From the NCBI GenBank assembly GCA_044225505.1, contig JBGAIN010000063.1, positions 1 to 42,775 on the forward strand: a DNA stretch of 42,775 nt, written 5' to 3'. The stretch comes from Limisphaerales bacterium (GTDB taxonomy: Bacteria; Verrucomicrobiota; Verrucomicrobiia; Limisphaerales; SIBE01). Under the pieces are notes generated by a model. That model worked only from the letters and a program-made list of their open reading frames with translations. It searched no databases and was not told the origin of the DNA. Position numbers and translations under genes: made by a program. This document shows positions 1-9,800 of this stretch, piece by piece. Positions within the stretch are counted from its first letter, which is position 1, and every line of letters starts with the position of its first letter.

Positions 1-2
1 TC

Positions 3-3000
3 ACTTTGGTTCCGCCGCATGCCGTCCTCTTCCATGGCTTTGTTGCAGTGCAAGCTGAGCCCGCGCTGGCGGTGCGAGCGGGAGCGGTCTCAGGCTTGAT
101 GCCAGTTGGACAGGAATTCCTGCCCGACGCGCTGCGCGTTGCCAACGGTGCGGAAGAAAGCGCGCCGCTGGCTTTCCGGTTTCAAGGGATGGCATACGCA
201 TTGACGTTGGAGCTTGCCTGGAGAGACCCCGAAGCCGGGGGAGTGGTGCTTCGCGACTTTCAGCTCACGGGCGAAATGGACGCAGCGAATCCGACGTTTA
301 CGCTGTCGGCCACAGCCCGAGTGCAAAATCCGAATGGTGGAGAGCTTGCATTGCTGGAAGGGGCGATCGCCTTGATTGATTGTGCGCCGGCGAAAGACTG
401 GGATCTTCGATTCGACGGAGGCCGATTCATCCTTAAATTCGCACGCGCGGGAGAGTTCCCGCTTCGGCTCCGTTTTAATGCGGCTGCCCAGTCGGGGGAT
501 GGTTGGAATCATGTCGATTTTCGTGTCGCGCCAAGCGCGCTTCAACCGGTGACTCTCAAAGGCTTGGCGGCGGAAACACAGTTCCTGTTTAAGGGCGGAG
601 CACGTCCCGAACGGCGCGGAGACGATTTTGTAAGTCATTTGGCGCCAGACGGTGCGGTCCAGCTGGGGTGGAAACAGGTCCGGGCGGAGACCGAGGGGAA
701 GTTGTTTTATGCGGCGGAGATGCTCACTCAAGTTGGGATTAGCCCCGGGGTGATGCGGCAACTCGCGTTATTGGATTACAAAGTAATGCAAGGCGAACTG
801 AATCAACTCGTCCTGCTCCTACACGGCCCCGCTGAGATCACTCGCGTGCAAGGCGAACAAGTATTGTCCTGGAAGGTCGATGGCGTCGAACCATCCGGCG
901 ATCGCCGGTTGATCGTCCAGCTGAACCAACCCGAAAAAGATCGTGTGACACTGCAACTGCAGCTCCAAACGCCGTTAGGCGCCTTCCCCCAAACCGCGGA
1001 ACCGACTGGAGTACGGCCGGTGGATGCCACCCGTTTTGCCGGTTACTTCCGAATCGTGAATGAAGGAGCGGTCCGTTTGGAGGTCTTGCAGGCGACCGGG
1101 CTCTCGCAGGTGTCACCGGAGCAATTCCCCGAAACGGACATAACGAAGGCTCTCTTTCGTTCCACAGGCGGCCAACGTTTCGCCTATCGATTCTCAGGGG
1201 TGGACGCTGCGGTGCGCATCCGGGCGGATCAAGTCTTGCCGGAACTGAGCGTATCCGAAGTCCTGACGTATCATTTGGGCGAGAATGAGCAATCGTTGGA
1301 AGCCGAAATTGAGCTCGAGATCCGGGAAGCGCCCGTTCGAGAATTACTCCTCCAGATCCCGAAGGGCTATGCGGTGGCGCGGTTAACCGTGCCTGGATTG
1401 AGCGACTACTTCACTCAAGACCGAGCGGACCGCGCGACCACAGAACTGCGGCTCGTTTACGGACAGCCAGCTTCCGGACGGCAAGTGCTGCAGCTTCGGT
1501 TGGAGCGGAATCAAACTGTCAGCGGGACGAATTGGGCTATCCCAAGGCTGGAAGTGGCGGATGCAAAGTCGATCCGCGGACATGTGGGGCTATCCGCCGA
1601 TGCTGGCATCCGCCTGACGCCGGGAAGAACCACAGGGCTGACGGAGTTGGCGACGGCCTTCTTCCCGCGCAAAATCGCCGGACTGCAGCTGGCGTTCCGG
1701 TTGAACGATCCGAGTTGGGATCTATCAGTGATCGTCGAGCGCTTGCCACAGACCGTGCAGGCTGACGCCCTCCATCTCTTTTCGGTGGGCGAAGGAATCG
1801 CTTATGGAAGCAGCGTGATCAATTACGTAGTCTCGAGCGCACCGGTGAGTTTGTTCCGGCTCGAACTCTCCAGCGAGTATTACAATGTAGAGTTTACCGG
1901 TAAAGACATCCGAAACTGGCAAAAGACCACGAACGGTTACGTTATTCAACTCCATACCCCGGTGGCGGGAACGTATACGTTGCTGGCAACTTACGAGCGA
2001 CCGTTCCGTCCCCAAGGTGAGACACTTACCTTCACGGGCGCCCGCCCGGTCGACACCCAACCGGAACAAGGCTACACATTAGTAACGAGCGGGTATCAGT
2101 TTCGGGTCCAGCCCGTCGAGGTTTCCCCGGGACTGCTCCCACTGGAAGCTGGCGAGGTGCCTCCGGAATATCGACTGTTTTTCGACAGTCCCATCCTGGC
2201 AGCATATCGCTATACGTCCCGGCCGTTTAATTTGCGCCTGGCCCTCAGCCCGATTGCTCAGGGCGAATCCCTCAGTCAAGTCGTAGATCGGGCTTCGTTA
2301 CGCACGCGCATTGCCAAGACCGGACAAGTCCTGACGGACGTCCATTATTTTGTAAAGAACCGGGGTCACCCGCACTTTCGGCTGGCCTTGCCAGAGGGAA
2401 CCTTGCTCTGGTCCGCCACGGTGAATGGGACGGCGGTAGTCCCCGTGACAGACGCGAAGGACAACCTGATTCCCCTGCCCCAACGCCTCGATCCGAACGC
2501 GGTGATCACCGTGGACCTGCAACTGGCGTCGCCTTCCAACCAGACGCAGCGGCTGAAGATCTCGGCTCCCATTGTCGCGGCGCCGGTGATGCTGGCGGAA
2601 TGGCAAGTCACGGCCGACACAGGGCAACGGTTGATCTACAAAGGCGGCTCTTTAACGCCCGCGTCGGGCATGCCCGACACTTCCGGTTTGCCTCAGATCT
2701 GGCGCGCTTTCACGTCTGCGGATGCACGACAGCGATGGGTGGAAGCCGCGGCAGCGCTGGCACTCCTGGGCCTGGCGCTCGGGACATGGCGCTGGACATT
2801 GCACCCGGAAACGCAGCGGTTCAGCCCCAAGCATCTTTCGGGAACGCTGGTTGGGACCCTCGCCTTTGCTCTTTCTCTCACCGCGCTGCTGAGTCTGGCG
2901 GAAGCCTCGCGCCACCAGAGTGCTCCCGTAGCCAACGATCTGAGCTTTGTGGCACCGGTCCAGGAGCCAAGCCATTTGCTGAGCGTCGAGTTGGCGACGG

Positions 3001-6000
3001 TCGAAGCAGGTTACACCTTTTCGAACGTGTTAGGATATGGCTGGCCCGCGATCTTCGGGCTGGGTCTTGCATGCGTCAGCGCGATTCTCTGGCCGAGATG
3101 GTTGCGGTCGAGCGGGTGGCTTCTAGTCTGGCTCTTGCTTTTATGGGTGGCATTACGCTGGCAAAATGGGGCTCCCGGGTTCTTCTTCGTCCTAATTGCG
3201 TTTCTCATCGTGCATGTGGCCTTCCCCGCATGGAGACAACTCTCACGCTTGCCGCGACGCGAAGAACCGACAGGTCTGGGGACGACACCACTCTCAGGGC
3301 CGTCCTCCGCCGCGCTCGTGTTGCCCTTCATTCTATCGATATTCGTCGGCGGACCAGCCGCGAGGGCCAATGAAAGCCCAGCGATTGACGTCCCGACCCA
3401 GGCGATCCATCCCTTGCTATTGGCCGCGTCGGGTGCCCCCCCCTCTCTCTCAATTCGTGCGAGCACCAACGCAATTCTCCCGGCATCGGTTTTCCACCGG
3501 ATCGAGGTGGACGAGCCGTTTGCTTTGGGAACGACACGGATTGTGTGGCAAGCGAAAAAAGGTGAAACGTTGCTAGTCCTGGCCAGTCCCGCGGTGTTGA
3601 CGGGCATTGATTATCCCACGAACCAAGCGCGTTTGGTGAGCTTGGAAGTTGCCGGAGTGCCGCAGCGACGCTTGTTGGCCGAGAGTGCTGGGCAGATACA
3701 AGTCGAGGTGCGATATCAAGTCGCGATCCAGAAACGCGAGGGCGAGACCGGATTTAATCTACCGACGAGCGCTGGGCTCATTCATCGGTTGGACCTCCTC
3801 CTGAAAAACCTCGATGTCGACGTGGCATCGTCCGCCAACGTTTTTGTGCAGCGACAAATCCACGGGACGAACACACAAGCAGAGATTGTATTGTCGCCAG
3901 AAAAGGGCGGTTGGGTAGCTTGGAAGCCGCGCAGCCGTGATCTGAGACAAGAACGAGCGCTGTTCTACGCTGAATTCGCGCAACTCTACTCCCCGTCAGC
4001 AGGAGTGATCGAAGGAGTGCATGTGGTCGCGATCCGGCCCGCGCAAGGAGAGCTCTCAGAATTGACATTTCAGGTTCCGACGGGAACGACGATTACCGAT
4101 GTGCTGGATCCGGTGCGTCCGGCCAAAGAGGGTGAGAAAAAGAAGGCCGGTCCGCAACCGGTGTTGATTTCGCTGTGGCGTTTTGACCCGGACACACGGC
4201 GGCTTCGTGTGAGTCTGCGCGCGGCTCAATCCCGGCCGTTTACGTTGGAGATTCGATCGCAAGTGGCGACCGGACCATTGCCTTACGAACAGAGCGTCGG
4301 CACAATTTCAGTTGAGGGAGCAGCTAGCCAAGTTGGGCTTCTAGCGATTGCAACAGGAACTGAGATTCAACTCGACACTGTCATTGCCGAAGGGCTGTCC
4401 ACATTGAACCTCGAAGACTTCCCACCGAGAGCGGTGCAGGTGCTCCAAAGTCAAATCCCAGGATTGGCCGTCCGGCGGGCTTTTCGATACGCGGATGCAA
4501 CTGCCAGGACAACGGTAAAGGCCTCGGCCGTTCAGCCAGATGTGCGTGTCGAAAGTCAACAGACACTGTCTCTCGGGGAAGATCGCACGTTGCTGGCACT
4601 AACCGCCCGGGTCGCGATCACGCGCGCAGGGATTTTCCGATTCAGCTTTGTCGTGCCGCCAAGTTTTGATGTGGAGTCGATCAGCGGCGAGGCGATGAGC
4701 CATTGGACGGAGTTGAAGATTGACGCTCAACGCGTCGTCACGCTGCATCTGAAAGGTCGATCCGAAGGCGAGAAGCGATTCGCCATAAGTTTGACGGGAC
4801 CCGGATTGAAACCAACGAAGGCGTGGTCCGTCCCGCAAGTGTTATTTCGCGAAGCGGTAAAGCAGCAAGGGTCGTTGCTCATTGTCCCTGAGCAAGGGAT
4901 GCGGCTGCAAGTGGTGGCGCGCGAGGGCACGACGCAACTCGATCCCCAACGATCGGGGGTGAAGCAAAAAGGAGTGCTCTCATTCCGAGTCCTGCAAGTT
5001 CCATGGAATCTGGTATTGGACATCGAGCCAGTCGAAGCATGGATTCAAGTCAACAGTCTGCAGCACTCAATCGTGAATGAGGCCTTGGTAAAGGTCACGG
5101 CCAACCTCCAGTACCAGATTGAGAATACCGGCCTGAAGCTCTTTCGCGTGGGACTTCCACCCGAGGCCGAGGGCGTCCGTTTCCGCGGGGAACAGATTGC
5201 GGATTTTCGCGCAGCCACGGAGGCGGGTCTAACGAATGGTCTTCGGATTTGGGAAGTAAAGCTCCATCGCCGCGTCCTGGGGAATTCGCAATGGCAAGTG
5301 ACTTATCAACTGCCGTTGGCCGACCAAGCGATCCGAGCGACGTTGCAAGGAATTCAGCCAATGGACGTGAATCTGCACCGCGGGTTCGTCACGGTGCAAT
5401 CCGCAGGACGCCTGCAGTTACGAGCCGAGAACGTGCCCGGGGCCTTGCAACCGGCGGAGTGGCAAAACATCCCAAAATCGTTGCAGCTGGATTTGGCGGG
5501 AGCATCCGCGAACCTGGCGTATCGGCTTCTGGAAACGGCCTATCAGCTTCCGCTGACGATCGAACGCCACGCTGCGGCCAAGCTCTTACCAGCCCGAGTC
5601 CAGCAAGTGACGATGAGTTCCGTAATCTCCGACAACGGAGTGATGCTGACCCAAGTTCGGATGGACCTCCTGGCCGGAGACAAACGGTTGTTGCATCTAA
5701 CCTTGCCAAAAGAAGCACGTTTTTGGTTTGCCTTTGTCGATCAGACGGGCGTTTGGCCTTGGCGCGAGCAGGATCAGATTCTTTTGCCGTTAGATTCGCA
5801 GTCACACACAGGCAAATCAATAGCTCTGGAGTTCTTCTATACCAGCCAAATTGGAAGCGGGACGCCGCGAGCCCTCGATCTCGAATTGCTCGCTCCCAAG
5901 TTCGACTTGCCGTTGGAGGATGTGACTTGGCGCGTTTACCTCAACGAGAAATGGGAGGTGCAGAAATGGGCGGGCTCGATGCAACTCGCGGAACAGGAAG

Positions 6001-6671
6001 TCGCCCTCGCCAGCAGTGCTGCCAACATGCAGATCTACCTGCAAAATGAAGCCGCCGTCCAGCGCCAAAAGACGAAGGACGCCGAGCAAATGCTCGCGTT
6101 TGGCAACACCGCTCTGGTCCAAGGAAACCCTGATCAAGCGCGTCGTGCGTTCCGGGCCGCTTTCGGCTTGAGCCAAGGGGACAATGCGTTCAATGAAGAC
6201 GCCCGGGTCCAGCTGAACAACCTCAAAGTGCAGCAAGCGCTCGTCGGGCTAAATGTGCGGCAAGCTAACGTTGCCGGAGAATCCGATCTCGTCGCTAGCA
6301 AATTGCGCGAGACGGATAGCGGCAGACAGATGAACTACTCACAACAGGAAGCCAAAGCACTCATCGAAAAGCGCGGCGCAGACGAGAGCGCGGCGTTCAT
6401 GCGTCTGGCGCAGCGACTCATTGATCAGCAGGACGCCGCCGTCAATATCCCGGCCGCCATTCATGCCAGCATTCCCGAACAGGGACGTGTCCTAACGTTT
6501 AAGAGGGCAGTCGTGGTCGACACTTGGGCAGATTTGAGAATCAAACTGACGGCGAAGGCCATTCAATCGGTCGGGCTAGGTGCGCGAATGATAGTTCTAT
6601 TGGGAGTCGTTCTGCTGCTCCTCGGCTCCCGGTGGGCCATCCGCCCCATCCTAGCGCCGCGCTCACTCTGA
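3..6671 (+). CDS. Very large uncharacterised membrane-anchored protein (5'-partial): two homologous halves of beta-rich repeats, central multi-TM block, TPR-like helical region, C-terminal TM anchor
   Basis: Frame is open from the window start, >2221 codons. Hydrophobic segments at ~2736-3350. Recurring pattern 'Y.I.N....F.L.LP.G..L..V.G....W'. 'GNTALVQGNPDQARRAFRAA' is TPR-like. C-terminal 'MIVLLGVVLLLLGSRW'. Confidence 0.85.
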   Translation, partial: TLVPPHAVLFHGFVAVQAEPALAVRAGAVSGLMPVGQEFLPDALRVANGAEESAPLAFRFQGMAYALTLELAWRDPEAGGVVLRDFQLTGEMDAANPTFTLSATARVQNPNGGELALLEGAIALIDCAPAKDWDLRFDGGRFILKFARAGEFPLRLRFNAAAQSGDGWNHVDFRVAPSALQPVTLKGLAAETQFLFKGGARPERRGDDFVSHLAPDGAVQLGWKQVRAETEGKLFYAAEMLTQVGISPGVMRQLALLDYKVMQGELNQLVLLLHGPAEITRVQGEQVLSWKVDGVEPSGDRRLIVQLNQPEKDRVTLQLQLQTPLGAFPQTAEPTGVRPVDATRFAGYFRIVNEGAVRLEVLQATGLSQVSPEQFPETDITKALFRSTGGQRFAYRFSGVDAAVRIRADQVLPELSVSEVLTYHLGENEQSLEAEIELEIREAPVRELLLQIPKGYAVARLTVPGLSDYFTQDRADRATTELRLVYGQPASGRQVLQLRLERNQTVSGTNWAIPRLEVADAKSIRGHVGLSADAGIRLTPGRTTGLTELATAFFPRKIAGLQLAFRLNDPSWDLSVIVERLPQTVQADALHLFSVGEGIAYGSSVINYVVSSAPVSLFRLELSSEYYNVEFTGKDIRNWQKTTNGYVIQLHTPVAGTYTLLATYERPFRPQGETLTFTGARPVDTQPEQGYTLVTSGYQFRVQPVEVSPGLLPLEAGEVPPEYRLFFDSPILAAYRYTSRPFNLRLALSPIAQGESLSQVVDRASLRTRIAKTGQVLTDVHYFVKNRGHPHFRLALPEGTLLWSATVNGTAVVPVTDAKDNLIPLPQRLDPNAVITVDLQLASPSNQTQRLKISAPIVAAPVMLAEWQVTADTGQRLIYKGGSLTPASGMPDTSGLPQIWRAFTSADARQRWVEAAAALALLGLALGTWRWTLHPETQRFSPKHLSGTLVGTLAFALSLTALLSLAEASRHQSAPVANDLSFVAPVQEPSHLLSVELATVEAGYTFSNVLGYGWPAIFGLGLACVSAILWPRWLRSSGWLLVWLLLLWVALRWQNGAPGFFFVLIAFLIVHVAFPAWRQLSRLPRREEPTGLGTTPLSGPSSAALVLPFILSIFVGGPAARANESPAIDVPTQAIHPLLLAASGAPPSLSIRASTNAILPASVFHRIEVDEPFALGTTRIVWQAKKGETLLVLASPAVLTGIDYPTNQARLVSLEVAGVPQRRLLAESAGQIQVEVRYQVAIQKREGETGFNLPTSAGLIHRLDLLLKNLDVDVASSANVFVQRQIHGTNTQAEIVLSPEKGGWVAWKPRSRDLRQERALFYAEFAQLYSPSAGVIEGVHVVAIRPAQGELSELTFQVPTGTTITDVLDPVRPAKEGEKKKAGPQPVLISLWRFDPDTRRLRVSLRAAQSRPFTLEIRSQVATGPLPYEQSVGTISVEGAASQVGLLAIATGTEIQLDTVIAEGLSTLNLEDFPPRAVQVLQSQIPGLAVRRAFRYADATARTTVKASAVQPDVRVESQQTLSLGEDRTLLALTARVAITRAGIFRFSFVVPPSFDVESISGEAMSHWTELKIDAQRVVTLHLKGRSEGEKRFAISLTGPGLKPTKAWSVPQVLFREAVKQQGSLLIVPEQGMRLQVVAREGTTQLDPQRSGVKQKGVLSFRVLQVPWNLVLDIEPVEAWIQVNSLQHSIVNEALVKVTANLQYQIENTGLKLFRVGLPPEAEGVRFRGEQIADFRAATEAGLTNGLRIWEVKLHRRVLGNSQWQVTYQLPLADQAIRATLQGIQPMDVNLHRGFVTVQSAGRLQLRAENVPGALQPAEWQNIPKSLQLDLAGASANLAYRLLETAYQLPLTIERHAAAKLLPARVQQVTMSSVISDNGVMLTQVRMDLLAGDKRLLHLTLPKEARFWFAFVDQTGVWPWREQDQILLPLDSQSHTGKSIALEFFYTSQIGSGTPRALDLELLAPKFDLPLEDVTWRVYLNEKWEVQKWAGSMQLAEQEVALASSAANMQIYLQNEAAVQRQKTKDAEQMLAFGNTALVQGNPDQARRAFRAAFGLSQGDNAFNEDARVQLNNLKVQQALVGLNVRQANVAGESDLVASKLRETDSGRQMNYSQQEAKALIEKRGADESAAFMRLAQRLIDQQDAAVNIPAAIHASIPEQGRVLTFKRAVVVDTWADLRIKLTAKAIQSVGLGARMIVLLGVVLLLLGSRWAIRPILAPRSL

Positions 6672-6831
6672 GGCTCGCCCTCCAGCCTCACTAAGCGTCC
6701 GGCCAACGGAGTAACCCGTCCCAATCCGGGCGGAGCCGTCCCGAATCCAGACAACGGTTTCTGCACAAGGTGATCGGGGCCAGCAGTGTCCGACGATGGT
6801 ATCAAGGCTGCTGGAGACGCCTCTGCGACAT

Positions 6832-9800
6832 ATGAGAGTGCGCTCTGTTCTTCGATTGTTAACGGTGGCTTGGGCGAGTTTAACCGTGGTCGTCCCGGTT
6901 CGACCTGCGGTGGTCTCTTTTACTATTCCAGCCCCGATCGTTATCGCTGATACCGGAGCGACAACGACGCCCGTCCTGGGACCATCGCTACCCACGATCT
7001 CCGCCATCAACTCTGTCACCGTCAGCCTCGCCCATGAATGGTTGGGCGATTTGACCGTGAAACTCGTGTCGCCAAACGGCGTCGAGCTTGCACTTTTTCA
7101 ACATGTCGGGACGCCTCCCGATGGTTCATCGGCGATCTTGGGGACTTATATTTCCGAAGGTGATCCTGGCAGCTCGACGTTCACTCTCGCTCCCTTGCCC
7201 TACCAGTTTGCCGCTGCAGGAGCCGATTTGGCGGCAGAAGCCGAAGCGGCGGTGGCTACGCTAGTACCGCCGCTTGTCCCGGACGCACGAGTTTTTGCGG
7301 CCAAGACCTGGCCGACCGGACCATTTCCCGCGGGGAACTGGCAACTGATCGTGGCGGACTCGGCTGACTTGGCTGGAGGAAAGTTGACGGCAGTGGACAT
7401 GGACTACAGCGAAGGAGTGAGTTCGATGGTGCTAAGCTGGAATCAGCCCTCAGATATCACCTATGGCACTGCCCTCGGCCCGCAACAATTGAATGCCGTT
7501 GCGACGGTCGATGGAGCTGCCATTTCGGGCACGTACTTCTATACGCCGTCGGCCGGAGCCGTTTTGGGAGCGGGGAATCATCAATTAAGCGTGACTTTTA
7601 CTCCGGACAATCTTGCGCAGTATAGCAGCACGAGCAGGACTATCCCGTTGAACGTGGTCCCTGCGCCGTTACTCGTACGAGCCGATGATAAATCCGTTGT
7701 CGCGGGAGGTCCGCTGCCGTCGCTCACGGCCACCTATAGTGGTTTCGTGAATGGTGAAACGGCGAGCAGCTTGACCCAACCGATCTCACTGAGCACCACC
7801 GCCCAGGCGTCCAGTTCCCCTGGGGCCTATCCGATTCAGCTGAGCGGCGGTGCGAGCCCCAATTACACAATTCAACGCCTCGACGGAACGCTCACGATCC
7901 TGGCCAGGGACAAAGTCGTTTTGACGGTTACTGCGGAGAACAAAACCAAAGCCTACGGAGCGGCCTTGCCGACGTTGACGGCCACGTATAGTGGTTTCGT
8001 CAACGGAGATACGACAGCCAGCGTTAGCGGGTTGATATCTTTGTCGACGTCCGCCACCAGCACGAGCCCGGTGGGTGCCTATCCGATCGTCCTTACCGCC
8101 GGCGACAGTCCCACATATACGTTTGTCTTGAATAACGGGATCATGAACGTGACCAAGGCGTCGTTGGTGGTGACAGCCGAGGACAGGATTAAGACTTATG
8201 GCGATAGCCTGCCCGCCTTTGGCGCTACCTATAGTGGGTTTGTCAGTGTTGACGACGCCTCTGGCTTCACTCAACCCGTGACTTTTTCAACCGCCGCTAC
8301 AGCTAAAAGCGGGGTCGGGACATTCCCGATTGTGCCCGTTGGCGGAGCTCATCCGAATTATGAATTTGTTTATCGGAATGGGACGTTGACCGTCACGAGG
8401 GCGCTCCTCACAGTGGTTCCTGAAGACCGGACGAAGACCTATGGATCCCCGCTACCATCATTCACAGCGACTTACCAAGGATTTGTGAGTGGCGATACTT
8501 CCACCAGTCTGTCGCAACCGGTGACTCTCTCGACGACAGCCACGGTCAAGAGCCCTCCGGGAACATATTTGATCCGCGCAACGGGTGGAGCCAGTCCAAA
8601 CTACATCTTGGCTCTGAACAACGGCACGCTCACGGTGACTAAAGCACCGCTCCAAATATCTGCAGATAATAAGTCAAAGATCTACGGTGCGCCCATTCCG
8701 GCGTTGACAGTGAGTTATAGCGGCTTGGTTAACGGAGATACTGCCGCAACGGCCGTTCCTGGCGTCACCGCAACCACATCCGCGACGCAAAGCAGCCCGA
8801 TCGGCACTTATCCCATCACGGTCAGCGGCGGAACCAGTGCCAATTACGAACTCTCTTACGTTCCAGGTATCCTGAGCGTAGGGAGAAACCTCCTGACCGT
8901 GACGGCGAACGATGTGTCGAAGGTCTACGGTGCGGCAATGCCCAGTTTTTCCGCGGCCTTCAGTGGATTTTTAACGGGAGATAATGCGTCGAGTTTGACC
9001 GAACCCGTGACATTCACGACGACGGCGACCGCATCAAGCCCAGCTGGCACCTATCCCATCCAGGTTTCTGGAGGTTTTATCCCAAATTACGACCTGGTTT
9101 ACCAAACTGGCACCTTGACGATCACGAAAGCACCGCTGACCATCACGGCGGACGATCAGTCGAAGGTCTATGGCGCACCGACGCCGGCGTTGACCGCCAA
9201 CTTCAATGGGTTTGTCAACGGCGATACGGCCGAGCAAATGAAGTCGTTGGTCAGTCTCTCCACAACGGCATCAGCAACAACTCCGGCAGGCAGTTACCCC
9301 ATCAAGGTCTCGGCTGGCCTAAGCCCAAATTACACGTTCAGTGTGGTTAATGGAACCCTGACGGTTTCGAAAGCACCTTTGATCCTGACAGCTGACGATA
9401 AGAGTAAAGTTTACGGGGCAGCGCTCCCAACCTTTTCCGCCAGCTATGCCGGCCTGGTCAACGGAGACACCCCTGCACGGCTAGGGAAGGTATCGTTTAA
9501 CACGGAGGCCAAGCCTAGCAGCGGTGTGGGGACCTACGCCATCACGCCAACTCTCCCAAGCAATGCGAACTATAGCCTAACATTCAAGCAAGGCACGCTC
9601 ACGGTAACCAAAGCGCACCTAACCGTGACTGCTGACAATGCAAATAAAACCTACGGCGACCCTTTGCCGGACTTTACGGCTACCTATACTGGTCTGATCA
9701 ATGGAGATACGCCCAGCACCGTAGGCTCCGTGCTAAGATTTTCGACCTCTGCCACTGCGACAAGCCCAGTGGGGACCTATCCAATCGAAATCCTTGAGGG

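Noticed and set aside
90..6236. Numerous alternative-frame and antisense ORFs within the giant gene (e.g. 2600-3373, 5249-6049)
   Set aside because: Expected shadow ORFs in GC-rich coding DNA, Arg/Ser/Pro-rich and without domains.
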